A DNA stretch of 64,000 nt, from assembly GCA_030647255.1 (NCBI GenBank), contig JAUSJK010000048.1, positions 32,540 through 96,539 of the forward strand, written 5' to 3'. Positions 28,733 through 37,530 of this stretch are shown here, piece after piece. The first letter of the stretch is position 1. Each line of letters opens with the position of its first letter. Source of the DNA: a bacterium. Lineage in GTDB: Bacteria; Patescibacteriota; Microgenomatia; UBA1406; GWC2-37-13. The notes beneath the pieces are model-generated. The model was not told where the DNA came from. It was given only the letters and a program-made list of their open reading frames with translations, and did no database searches. Both the position numbers and the translations under genes were made by a program.

Positions 28733-29386
28733 GTGAAAACTCCTAAAAAAACTTCAACATCCTTACAAAAGCCATTACTAATAATTTTTTCTATCCTTAT
28801 TTTAGTTGTTATTTTTGCTGCCGGCATGAAGTATCAAAAGTATCAGATTACACACGAAAAACGGAATAGTGCAAACTATTTCGAAAATCAAAAATGGGGT
28901 TATTCAATTGATGTCTCTCCTGGCTTTAAGATGAAGGATCCTAATCCTGATTACGGACATTCCTTTATACAAAAAATTGGAGCGGATAAACAACAAGGTA
29001 TCTTTATATGGCCTATCCAATTTGGAGTTGATATGGCTGTTTTAACACCCATACCTGGGGCTGAGCATTTACAAATAACTTCACCTTTTAAGAAGGGTGA
29101 TCCGCTACTTGCAAAAATCAATATTGAATATCCATACAAAACTAAAAAGATAGTAGATCTTTCACGAGATGGTAAAACTATTTATTTACTTCGCTTTGAT
29201 AATATAACAGAAGGTGGAGGAGGACATGATTTTGAAAAAGAGGGTACTAACTATAAGCATATACTTTTTATCGAAGATGGTAACCAACAAGGAGTGAGAA
29301 TGGAAATTTGGGGTGTAACTGGTGATGTCTACTACGAATTAAACTATGAAGACTGGATTAATAGAATTGAGATTTTGAAAATATAA
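28733..29386 (+). CDS. hypothetical protein with N-terminal membrane anchor
   Basis: 217-aa ORF with a TM segment (LLIIFSILILVVIFAAG). No recognisable domain. Confidence 0.5.
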   Translation: MKTPKKTSTSLQKPLLIIFSILILVVIFAAGMKYQKYQITHEKRNSANYFENQKWGYSIDVSPGFKMKDPNPDYGHSFIQKIGADKQQGIFIWPIQFGVDMAVLTPIPGAEHLQITSPFKKGDPLLAKINIEYPYKTKKIVDLSRDGKTIYLLRFDNITEGGGGHDFEKEGTNYKHILFIEDGNQQGVRMEIWGVTGDVYYELNYEDWINRIEILKI

Positions 29387-29596
29387 AATTCTCTTCATAA
29401 AAAGTTCCTACATAGTAGTTCGGCTTTACTCACTATAAATCAACTAGAGCCACAAATAAAAAAATCAAGAAGATCTTCTTAGCAATCCAGAAGCGTATTA
29501 AAATCGGCATCTAGCCATTAAAAAAAGAGCGATAGAAAAACCGCTTTTTTTTGTAATTTGTACCCTATTTTCCCATTCATATATCGGTATGTTTCC

Positions 29597-29836
29597 TTAG
29601 AAATCCGTCATGAGATTGAACTGTTTCAGTATATCATTGGGTGTTTGCATATTAAGTGAAAGATGAGCACGTTGAGTATAGTAATAGTTGAGATTATCGG
29701 TTAACTCATGTTGAGGCAGAAGTTCAATAAGATCTCTTTTTGCCTTCGTTGTCCCTTCACGAAAAATATATTTTACATAATCCTTAACTCCGATTTCGAT
29801 ATCATCTACTAATCGATCTGTATTGTAATAGATCAT
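29597..29836 (-). pseudogene. possible remnant of an rve-type (IS3/IS481-like) transposase C-terminus
   Basis: Only the tail NYYYTQRAHLSLNMQTPNDI resembles the conserved YNxxRPHxSLxxxTP integrase-core end. The rest is unrecognisable. Confidence 0.35.
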
Positions 29837-29867
29837 ATCCGAAACGAGCTTTTGGTATACTCCAATA

Positions 29868-30455
29868 ATGACTATATTTTATCTTATCCGTCATGGAAAT
29901 AAAAAAAAGCAACCGGGAGATTACGGGTTATCGGAATTGGGGAAAGCCCAGTCGGAACGAACTGCAAAACATTTAAAAATTTTTCCTATAATTGCTATTT
30001 GTACAAGTCCGTATGCTCGTGCCCAGGAAACAGCACAGATTATTGCACGTATTCTGAATCTCCCGGTAATAATAGAACAGTCACTAAAGGAACGGATGAA
30101 TTGGGAAAAAGAGTATCGATCATTTGAAGAGTTTATTCAGGAATGGCAATATGCAACCGATAATCCCGAATCTAAACCAAAGTTTGGAGATTCTGTTAAG
30201 GAAACTGCAAAAAGGATAGATGATATTATAAATAAGCTTGCAGATGATTCTGAAAATGGACATATTGTTTTAGTGACTCATGGTGGGACAATCCGGGATT
30301 TTTTAGTAATCTTGTCAAAAGAATACAGTCTAAAATTTGCCGAAAAGCAAATGGAAGGGGTTCGAGAATGTTCTATCACGAAAATTGTTCTTAGCAGAAA
30401 AAAAATAATCGTTAAATATCTTGATAACGTTTATCATTTGAAAGAATCTAGTTAG
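29868..30455 (+). CDS. histidine phosphatase family protein (second paralog in window)
   Basis: IFYLIRHGNK (RHG), VLVTHGGTIR (second His). Confidence 0.7.
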   Translation: MTIFYLIRHGNKKKQPGDYGLSELGKAQSERTAKHLKIFPIIAICTSPYARAQETAQIIARILNLPVIIEQSLKERMNWEKEYRSFEEFIQEWQYATDNPESKPKFGDSVKETAKRIDDIINKLADDSENGHIVLVTHGGTIRDFLVILSKEYSLKFAEKQMEGVRECSITKIVLSRKKIIVKYLDNVYHLKESS

Positions 30456-30512
30456 GTTTTTTTAGTAAATATTTTAAGTGTACCCTACAGTTTATTTTAT
30501 AATATACTCTAA

Positions 30513-31187
30513 ATGTTAAAACCAATTATTCTAGACCAAAAAGCGATTCAAAAAAAACTTGAGCGAATAAAGAAAACTTTTATCAATAAATCTATTCATT
30601 TCAGTAAAACCGGTTACCCATATTCTTTTTTTACTCTCACCGACTTTGAACCTCCAATAGAGCCTTCACTCGTAGAAGATATGGCTGATCTTCTTGTTCA
30701 TTACGGTAATTTTGATAGTATTGATCTACTGGTATCTGAGGCTGATCGGGGTGGAGGACCGTTGACGCATGCTGTATCGATGAGAACTAATATTCCCTAT
30801 ACACTTGCAAACTGGTATCCAAATGGTGGACAAGGAGAACTGCATGTAAAAGCTTCCGTTGGTTTTTCCGGAAAGGGCGACATCTTTCTTAACGGAATCA
30901 AAAAAGGACAGCGAATAATTTTAGTCGACGACCTATTAAGTTCCGGGGGTACAGCGCTGGCTCTCATTCGAGCGGTTCATAAAGGTGGAGCTATTATTAA
31001 GCAAGCTTTGTTTGTCGCTGAAAAGGTTTTAATGTGCGGAAGACAAAAACTAGAAAATAATTATTCAATTCCCATTATTTCCTTAGTTAAATTTAAGGCT
31101 GAAAAAGGTTACACTAAAGAATTTACAGCTCCTTTCGGATTATCAACTCTATCAATAGAGAATGAATCCGCTTCATATTCAAAATAG
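30513..31187 (+). CDS. phosphoribosyltransferase-domain protein
   Basis: PRPP-binding loop RIILVDDLLSSGGTALA. Confidence 0.65.
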   Translation: MLKPIILDQKAIQKKLERIKKTFINKSIHFSKTGYPYSFFTLTDFEPPIEPSLVEDMADLLVHYGNFDSIDLLVSEADRGGGPLTHAVSMRTNIPYTLANWYPNGGQGELHVKASVGFSGKGDIFLNGIKKGQRIILVDDLLSSGGTALALIRAVHKGGAIIKQALFVAEKVLMCGRQKLENNYSIPIISLVKFKAEKGYTKEFTAPFGLSTLSIENESASYSK

Positions 31188-31451
31188 AAGACCTGCAAAA
31201 TCACGGACTTAGTATAATGTGGCCCAGAGGCGGCAAAGAGGGAACGCTCGCTAGGTTAGCCCTGCATCCACCCGAAGAATTGTTTGATCTGCTCTCTTTT
31301 CTAAAAGAAAATACTGACAAGATTTTCAACATCATTGACTTTTCCGATCTTCCTATTTTCTATAACAGTGAAAACCAAGTGCCGGATGCCCTTAGGATTA
31401 TCGTTAAGGTTAATAAAAATTAAGAAAAACTATACCTGCTATACTTTTCTT

Positions 31452-32006
31452 ATGCTGTATCTAATTGGTGGCGCTCCACGAGTTGGGAAGAGCACATTAG
31501 CTAAACTCATTCTGGAAAGAAATAAAATTGCATATGTTGATGCCGATTGGATTGTTCATATGCTTATGTTTGCGGCACCCCAGCTTGGAGTAAAAGTTTT
31601 CTCAGATTTTAATGAGCACGAATTTAAAAAAAAGGCGGTAAATTTTTATCCATTCTTATTCCAGTTCGTAAAATACAATCAGCCTGTTGTTGACCACTAT
31701 GTTATTGAAGGCGACAGTTTTCTTCCGGAACATGTTTTAAAATTACAAAAAGAATTTCAAGTAAAAACTTGTTTTTTGGGAACGTCAAAGTTAAAGCCGG
31801 AAACTTTATTGAATAATCCAAGTAAAAACGATTGGTGGATAAAAAAACTAAATTCACAACAATTAAATGACTTATGCAAGTGGATAATGAATATGAGTAA
31901 TTTTCTAGAAAAAGAATGTACTACATATAAAATTACATACATTGATGTAGCTAAAAATCATAGAGAACAAATAGAAAAAACCTACCAATATTTAACAAGT
32001 AAATAA
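31452..32006 (+). CDS. P-loop kinase-like protein (AAA_33/2-PGK-like)
   Basis: The start MLYLIGGAPRVGKSTLAKL contains a Walker A motif. The upstream part of tracked ORF 31335 has no support. Confidence 0.55.
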   Translation: MLYLIGGAPRVGKSTLAKLILERNKIAYVDADWIVHMLMFAAPQLGVKVFSDFNEHEFKKKAVNFYPFLFQFVKYNQPVVDHYVIEGDSFLPEHVLKLQKEFQVKTCFLGTSKLKPETLLNNPSKNDWWIKKLNSQQLNDLCKWIMNMSNFLEKECTTYKITYIDVAKNHREQIEKTYQYLTSK

Positions 32007-32092
32007 GAAGTTTTATTTTTTATAACCAAAAATTAGCCGCAAAAAAACTTTAGGACTCCAGTTGGTTTGGCTTATCTTGCTATACTTTACTT

Positions 32093-32221
32093 ATGGTAAA
32101 TAATTTTTACGACAAAGTTGCAAAAAAATTTGGTAGATATCATACAGGAGCTAAATATAATACTGAGTATCCAAAGGGAGAACCTGGAAAAGTTTTTAAA
32201 GATAAACTTTTAAAGTTCTGA
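32093..32221 (+). pseudogene. 42-codon remnant resembling the N-terminus of a class I SAM methyltransferase
   Basis: Own translation: MVNNFYDKVAKKFGRYHTGAKYNTEYPKGEPGKVFKDKLLKF*. The NxFYDxVAxxF opening is typical of such methyltransferases, but the Rossmann part is missing. Confidence 0.3.
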
Positions 32222-32242
32222 CTTCGATGTTATAATAATAGA

Positions 32243-32725
32243 ATGTCTGTTCGTTATTCTCACACCAACTTAATTGCAAGAAATTGGAAAACATTAGCGG
32301 ATTTTTATATACAGGTTTTTGATTGCAAACCTACCTATACTACTCATCTTTCAGGAGAATACTTAGAAAAGGGAACAGGAATTAAAAGTGCTGTTTTAGA
32401 CGGAACTAATTTATTATTACCAGGTTATGAAAACCAACAACTAAAATTAGAAATTTTCCAATACTCTGAGTTACTTGAAAAAGCCTTGCCAACTGTCCCT
32501 AATAGATTGGGTTATGGCCATATTGCATTTCTTGTCGATAATATACAAAAAACTCTTAAAAAAGCACTAGAACATGGTGGAAAAAAAATAGGTGAAATAG
32601 CAACCCAAGAGTATAAAAGAGGAATTTCCACATATATCTACATTACTGATCCCGAAGGAAATATTATTGAGCTTCAGAATTGGTTGCCAAAATACTTTCC
32701 TCATTCGTTTTTTGGTATAATGTAA
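32243..32725 (+). CDS. VOC (glyoxalase/bleomycin-resistance) family protein
   Basis: About 160 aa with GYGHIAFLVDNI and ITDPEGNIIEL, typical of the VOC beta-alpha-beta fold. Confidence 0.7.
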   Translation: MSVRYSHTNLIARNWKTLADFYIQVFDCKPTYTTHLSGEYLEKGTGIKSAVLDGTNLLLPGYENQQLKLEIFQYSELLEKALPTVPNRLGYGHIAFLVDNIQKTLKKALEHGGKKIGEIATQEYKRGISTYIYITDPEGNIIELQNWLPKYFPHSFFGIM

Positions 32726-32727
32726 TT

Positions 32728-33030
32728 ATGAAAAAGAATAAACCAAACGATTCACATAATGCTCCTTCGACTTCTGATGCCTCAAATATGGACGATATAG
32801 ATTTCATTGATCCTGTAAAGCCGAAAGACCAGTTGGAAGAGCAAGACCCTTTCTTTAAACAAATGGGAGACAGCCAAAATACTAAATTTGTCGAACAGTC
32901 GATAGATGCCGATGAACCAATAGGAAGCCCAGATGGAGAATATACACATGATGATGAAAATACTGAAGAAAATCCACCCAAAGAGGAGATCTTCCACAAT
33001 GTCACTCCAAAAAAAGTAAAAAAAGACTAA
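32728..33030 (+). CDS. small acidic hypothetical protein
   Basis: ATG 2 nt after the VOC stop. D/E-rich 100-aa product with no recognised domain. Confidence 0.4.
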   Translation: MKKNKPNDSHNAPSTSDASNMDDIDFIDPVKPKDQLEEQDPFFKQMGDSQNTKFVEQSIDADEPIGSPDGEYTHDDENTEENPPKEEIFHNVTPKKVKKD

Positions 33031-33101
33031 CGAAAGATGACTACAAAGTTTTTGAGATCTCCTAGTTCTCCATACATTCACGGTCTGGTAAAATAAATCA
33101 T

Positions 33102-33692
33102 ATGAGAAAGATTGTTGTTCTCGAATTTATTACTCTTGATGGCGTGATGCAGGCGCCGGGTGGACCGACTGAAGATACGTCTGGCGGTTTCAAATATGGC
33201 GGATGGACAGCTCCCTACTTTGATGAAATGTCCGGGAAAGAAATGGATAAGCAGATGAAAGGAACATATGACTTGCTCCTTGGACGCAAAACGTATGACA
33301 TCTTTGCAGGATATTGGCCGCAGCACACAGAAACATGGCCCCAGGTAAACAAAATTACCAAATATGTTGTCTCCAAAACCTTAAAAAATCCAACCTGGGA
33401 AAATACTGAAGTGATAAAAGATATCAAAGAATTAAAAAAGCTAAAGAACTCCAACGGTCCAGACCTACAAGTCTACGGAAGCAGTATTCTTCTTCAGACA
33501 TTGATGGAGTATGATTTGGTAGATGAATTGTGGCTTAAAATATTTCCTATTACACTTGGTACGGGAAAACGGTTGTTTGGTAAAGGGACAATACCTGCTT
33601 CGTTCACACTAGTTTATTCTAAAATTTCCCCAAGTGGTGTCATTTTTGCTTCATACAAACGTGCAGGAGAAGTCAAAACGGGATCATTCTGA
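33102..33692 (+). CDS. dihydrofolate reductase-like (RibD C-terminal domain) family protein
   Basis: MRKIVVLEFITLDGVMQ...LLLGRKTYDIFAGYWP...LQVYGSSILLQTL matches the RibD_C/YwjB pattern. Confidence 0.7.
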   Translation: MRKIVVLEFITLDGVMQAPGGPTEDTSGGFKYGGWTAPYFDEMSGKEMDKQMKGTYDLLLGRKTYDIFAGYWPQHTETWPQVNKITKYVVSKTLKNPTWENTEVIKDIKELKKLKNSNGPDLQVYGSSILLQTLMEYDLVDELWLKIFPITLGTGKRLFGKGTIPASFTLVYSKISPSGVIFASYKRAGEVKTGSF

Positions 33693-33716
33693 CAATCTCT
33701 TCGACCTCCAAGATTA
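33690..33716 (+). repeat. TGACAATCTCTTC-hairpin motif, copy B (degenerate stem)
   Basis: TGACAATCTCTTCGACCTCCAAGATTA. The TGA is the stop codon of the preceding gene. Confidence 0.65.
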
Positions 33717-33736
33717 CATTATTGTATACTTACCTT

Positions 33737-34192
33737 ATGCAAAAATATTGGATCAATGTGTTACAAAAAGAGAAAGTGGTAAAAGCCGTTGGGGAAGGAA
33801 TCATGGAGTTTCCCGGTATAGATGCTCGTGTAAATACAATGGAAAAAGATGACTGGGTTATTTTTTATTCACCTCGTGAAGACATGGCCGGAACGATAAA
33901 GTTACAGACTTTTTCTGCCATCGGTCAAATTGCAGACGACACCATGTTTCTTGTTGAGAACTCTCCCGGTGTCCAAGCATATAGAAGAAAAGTTAATTAT
34001 CTAAAAGTAAAAGAAGCACCTCTGATTCCTCTCATTCAACATCTCTCATGTATCCGAAATAAAAAACACTGGGGTGTCGTATTTAAAATGGACCTCATCC
34101 AAATCTCAAAAGAGGACTTTGAACTTATTTCCAAAGCAATGGGAATAGACAAGCTTCCTGAACATTTGGAAGAGGTACCTGCTTTCAAATAA
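33737..34192 (+). CDS. EVE (PUA-like) domain protein
   Basis: MQKYWINVLQKEKV...DDWVIFYSPRE...LQTFSAIGQIADD...YRRKVNYL follows the EVE-family pattern recalled from annotated homologs. Confidence 0.55.
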   Translation: MQKYWINVLQKEKVVKAVGEGIMEFPGIDARVNTMEKDDWVIFYSPREDMAGTIKLQTFSAIGQIADDTMFLVENSPGVQAYRRKVNYLKVKEAPLIPLIQHLSCIRNKKHWGVVFKMDLIQISKEDFELISKAMGIDKLPEHLEEVPAFK

Positions 34193-34196
34193 GCTT

Positions 34197-34793
34197 ATGA
34201 TAAAAGCTATCATTTTTGATATTGGCGATGTATTGATAACAAATACACACGTATTTGATGACATAGTAGATGAATTTCATTTGGACAGAGGAAAGGCACT
34301 CCCAATTTACATTGAAGCAATAGAAAGACTAGGGAGTGGCCAAATAGACGAAGAGACATTTTGGAATGTACTCAAAAGCAAATTACTCTTTAATCAAAAA
34401 GTTCCTTCTCCTTCACCGCTTGTGAAAAGTCATATAAATGTAAAAGTAGTTCAAGAAGTTATTGATATTGTCATTGATCTAAAGAAAAAAGGATACAAAC
34501 TTGCATTATTGTCTAACACCATTGAGTCGCATATACAAGAAATAGAAAAGTTGGATTTCTTTAAATATTTTGATATTAAAATATTTTCTTATGAAGTGAA
34601 AAGTCGTAAACCGTTTGCCGATATCTATACCCTTACGTTAAAGAAGCTAGACGTTTCTCCAGAAGAAGCTATATTTATTGATAATAACGATATTTTTGTA
34701 AAAGGTGCAGAAGAGGTGGGAATAAGAGGTATACAGTTTATTGATTCTGAACAACTGAAACAGGATCTTCGTAAACTTAAAGTCAATCTTTAG
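34197..34793 (+). CDS. HAD-superfamily hydrolase
   Basis: Motif I AIIFDIGDVL, motif II LLSNT and a late IFIDNNDIFVKGAEEVG. Confidence 0.75.
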   Translation: MIKAIIFDIGDVLITNTHVFDDIVDEFHLDRGKALPIYIEAIERLGSGQIDEETFWNVLKSKLLFNQKVPSPSPLVKSHINVKVVQEVIDIVIDLKKKGYKLALLSNTIESHIQEIEKLDFFKYFDIKIFSYEVKSRKPFADIYTLTLKKLDVSPEEAIFIDNNDIFVKGAEEVGIRGIQFIDSEQLKQDLRKLKVNL

Positions 34794-34822
34794 GCAAATT
34801 AAAAATATCAATAAGATCTTCC

Positions 34823-34851
34823 TGACAATCTCTTCAACCTCTGTGGTTGAA
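34823..34851 (+). repeat. TGACAATCTCTTC-hairpin motif, copy C
   Basis: TGACAATCTCTTCAACCTCTGTGGTTGAA. Confidence 0.75.
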
Positions 34852-34883
34852 AAATAGAACAGGATAATCTATTATCTGATTGT

Positions 34884-35207
34884 ATGAGTATACAAGTGAT
34901 AGTTTTCCTTATAGTGTTTGTAATAATCGCAGTATATGGGCTATGGACGATATTCACAAAGAAAGGAAGAGACTTTGCAATAAATAAGTTTATTGGTGAG
35001 ATTGTTCATGACTATGGAATTATAAACGAAGAAGATTTTTACGGAGGAAAGCAGAAAATAAGACTGCTAAGGTGTAATAAAAATAATGAAAGCTTCTATG
35101 CGTTAGAGACAGAATTTAAAGCTTTCGGAGGTATACAGTTCTGGTATGCCAAAATAAGTGACTCATCTGTAGATAAACTTATGACGATATTTTCCAATAA
35201 GGAATAG
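34884..35207 (+). CDS. hypothetical small membrane-anchored protein
   Basis: 107 aa with an N-terminal TM (VIVFLIVFVIIAVYGLW). Confidence 0.45.
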   Translation: MSIQVIVFLIVFVIIAVYGLWTIFTKKGRDFAINKFIGEIVHDYGIINEEDFYGGKQKIRLLRCNKNNESFYALETEFKAFGGIQFWYAKISDSSVDKLMTIFSNKE

Positions 35208-35212
35208 AGAAT

Positions 35213-35974
35213 TTACATTTTCTCATTCAAGAAGCAATAATACTTTGGGTCGATGGAACGAGGATTGATGAATACGGGATAATATTCTTTCTCAAGATGG
35301 AGTTTGAGTTTTTTCTTTTCTTCTTGTGTCAAAGGTACAAATTCTTTCAGAAATAAATTGTGTTTGTCTTTTTCGTCCTGTGTGACGCCTCGGTCAGCCC
35401 GGCAGAGGAGTCGTTTCTTTTCCGCCTGGGAGGATATGGGTTTTTGGTTGATAATCTGTATAAAATCTTTTTCAATTCGCTTCATATCTATTGCGGCATT
35501 TTTCGTTTTCGTATACTCAATCGTGATGCCGATCTTTGCGTGTGCGGGTAAATACTGTTTCTGGTATGTCGGGTCGCTGTCCCAGATGATGTAGTCGGAT
35601 GGGACATACCGGCATTCGGATAAAGTCGACTGATCGACTGAATTTACGAAGAGACACTTATCCCAACCTATACTATCGCGAATGGCAGTAGTCGTATGAA
35701 TATCACAGACAACGTCATAGTTGGCAAATATTTTTTTTAGTATTTCTGCCCGTTTTTCTTCGTATGAACGGGCTTTTTTGGCGTTGAATGAGCGGTTGAG
35801 ATCTGTCTCCGTAAACCGAAGGTTTGTGAGAGTGGCCATCGGGTTTCCGACCATGACTTTCCACTCGACTTTTTCATTTTTCCCGTAGGGATAGTGTAAA
35901 AACAGGTTTAATCCGGCCAGTTCATCCCCATGTGTGCAGATCACGAAGAGTAGCTTCTTCATATGCTTGAACAT
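35213..35974 (-). CDS. succinylglutamate desuccinylase/aspartoacylase (AstE/AspA, M14-like zinc hydrolase) family protein
   Basis: The N-terminal FVICTHGDELAG is an HxxE zinc motif, and CDIHTTT supplies the second His. Confidence 0.6.
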   Translation of the reverse strand: MFKHMKKLLFVICTHGDELAGLNLFLHYPYGKNEKVEWKVMVGNPMATLTNLRFTETDLNRSFNAKKARSYEEKRAEILKKIFANYDVVCDIHTTTAIRDSIGWDKCLFVNSVDQSTLSECRYVPSDYIIWDSDPTYQKQYLPAHAKIGITIEYTKTKNAAIDMKRIEKDFIQIINQKPISSQAEKKRLLCRADRGVTQDEKDKHNLFLKEFVPLTQEEKKKLKLHLEKEYYPVFINPRSIDPKYYCFLNEKM

Positions 35975-37304
35975 CAGAAATAGTAACGCGATCGTTTCCC
36001 ATAAAAGCCAGATATGCTCTTTCCTGGGGCTTATAATAATTATAGATAACCGTTCTCATGTTTCTCTCGCAATTTAATCTTCCCAAAAGTTCCGAATCAA
36101 AGAAAACTTCCGGTCTTATACACACTGCAGTGTTGGTAATGATTGTAGACGGCGGTAGACCGTCAACATCGGCATTGCTTTGCAAGCGGAACATAACCGC
36201 AGAACCTCCGGGTCGAATATTCGCTTCACGCAGGAGAACCCTGGAGAGTCCATATCGGCGAGAGACTTCTTCGGCCAGTCCAAGCACATCAAGATTAACA
36301 TTACCCCGTACGCCAAAATTCTGCAGCACTCGGACGCCAGCGAAGATCGTTTTATTAAAATCTGAGAACGTATTATTCCACTCATCTTCTATACCCTTTG
36401 TCCATATATTTCCGGCGTGTTGGCCCGGTTTTATAAACCGCTGTTCAGCACCGCCAAGATATACTATATCCGTATCGCCGATATAAAATGATACTCCTGG
36501 AGAAGTAAGTAACGGCAATCTCCCTTGAACCTGGAGGACGTCTTTCGACTCATCTTTTATTTTTTGTACAACTGTATGTGAGTTAGGAGTAATCATAAAG
36601 CCGTATCCTCCACAGCCGTCCGGTCCGTTGACAACGAGTTCTTCATAATTTCGAAACATCTCTAGATCATGCCGTAAATTATCCGGTGCGTTCCCGTTGA
36701 GGTACGACGTGGGAGGAGTGGGGATGCCGTAATGATTCCATAAAAACTGATGGACGTTTTTTTTGTATGCAAGGACATTTCTTATTCCGGTTTCCGCCAT
36801 ACCGAGCGGCCTTAGAATCTCGGGGGAAAATACGTGAGGTTTAACTGCAGAGTCTCTAAAATCTACCTTGTCAATGTCTTCAACATGACGGTAGTCGCGT
36901 GCGATGGAAATACCTACTCGAGCATATGAATCATGAATTTTCTGGAGAGTGGCGATTGTTATGGAAGGATTGGAAGAGGTAAAATAAAACAGATCTCCCG
37001 AATTTGAAAATGCGAGCATGAATCCCGTCACTAGTTCTTGATTTGTACGTACAATCTCGGCGCTTTCGGGGGAAGAATAACGGTCGGCATAGTGATGTGA
37101 ATTCATGAGCTGAGCCCCGCCATTGGCTACGATCTTAATGGGATAATTTTTACTTTGTGGATTAAGAATATGGATTCCGGTTATCGGGTCACATCCTATG
37201 GAGAAGGCGGAGTTGAGGGACTCGTAAACTTTTAAAGGTTCAGACATATACATTTCCTGTAATAGGCTAATCTTTTCCGACCGTGTCGGGATTGGATGTG
37301 GCAC
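35922..37304 (-). CDS. possible ATP-grasp-fold ligase (PGM1-like); weak assignment; true start may be the ATG at 37247
   Basis: About 440-460 aa with Gly-rich PDGCGGYGF, a central beta-rich region and REANIRPGG. The tracked start is a GTG. The ATG at 37247 has AGGA 8 nt upstream. Confidence 0.3.
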   Translation of the reverse strand: MPHPIPTRSEKISLLQEMYMSEPLKVYESLNSAFSIGCDPITGIHILNPQSKNYPIKIVANGGAQLMNSHHYADRYSSPESAEIVRTNQELVTGFMLAFSNSGDLFYFTSSNPSITIATLQKIHDSYARVGISIARDYRHVEDIDKVDFRDSAVKPHVFSPEILRPLGMAETGIRNVLAYKKNVHQFLWNHYGIPTPPTSYLNGNAPDNLRHDLEMFRNYEELVVNGPDGCGGYGFMITPNSHTVVQKIKDESKDVLQVQGRLPLLTSPGVSFYIGDTDIVYLGGAEQRFIKPGQHAGNIWTKGIEDEWNNTFSDFNKTIFAGVRVLQNFGVRGNVNLDVLGLAEEVSRRYGLSRVLLREANIRPGGSAVMFRLQSNADVDGLPPSTIITNTAVCIRPEVFFDSELLGRLNCERNMRTVIYNYYKPQERAYLAFMGNDRVTISDVQAYEEATLRDLHTWG

Positions 37305-37405
37305 CGTAGTTCCGATCGTACACCGGGAGTCGGTTGTCGGGTAAGTCGTGGTGAGCCAATTCTCACAAGATTTCTCTTTCCTTACCTCTCTTGATTTGTT
37401 CTGGC

Positions 37406-37434
37406 ATTATAAATGAGATTTTCAACTTTGTCAA
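37406..37434 (-). promoter_or_regulatory. consensus sigma70-type promoter TTGACA-N17-TATAAT for the candidate ligase/AstE-like operon
   Basis: The minus strand reads TTGACA aagttgaaaatctcatt TATAAT. Both hexamers are perfect and the spacer is 17 nt. Confidence 0.65.
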
Positions 37435-37456
37435 AAGAAGGTCCTGGTATTTCAGC

Positions 37457-37507
37457 TTGACAAAACAGTTTTTTTAAATACTATAATGATAGTTACAAAT
37501 TTGTAAC
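37457..37507 (+). promoter_or_regulatory. putative promoter (TTGACA..N19..TATAAT) followed by the 16-nt palindrome GTTACAAATTTGTAAC
   Basis: TTGACA at 37457-62, TATAAT at 37482-87, perfect palindrome at 37492-37507, AAAGGAG RBS at 37516-22 and ATG at 37531. Confidence 0.5.
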
Positions 37508-37530
37508 ATATTGTTAAAGGAGCATAAGCT

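Noticed and set aside
31201-31290. Locally GC-rich stretch (GTGGCCCAGAGGCGGCAAAGAGGGAACGCTCGCTAGGTTAGCCCTGC) as a small RNA, tRNA-like element or riboswitch ahead of the P-loop kinase gene.
   Set aside because: There is no cloverleaf, no T-loop or anticodon architecture, and no match to riboswitch consensus sequences I can recall. It cannot be supported without covariation analysis.
28533-34851. Integron gene-cassette array with attC sites (co-oriented small genes plus a recurring hairpin motif containing GTTGAAT).
   Set aside because: No intI or other tyrosine recombinase, attI or Pc is visible. The hairpin stem is only 7 bp against the 50+ nt imperfect palindromes of attC sites. Only 3 of about 10 genes carry the motif, and copy C does not fit GTTRRRY. 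The motif itself is kept as a finding, but not as an integron.
37248-37405. Known riboswitch (for example guanidine-I/ykkC, because of ACACGGTCGGAAAAG) in the leader of the candidate ligase operon.
   Set aside because: The other conserved ykkC blocks (GGGUUCCG, GGUCCGAGAG, AAAAGCCCGGGAG) are absent, and no other riboswitch consensus I know fits. It is reported only as an unexplained long leader.
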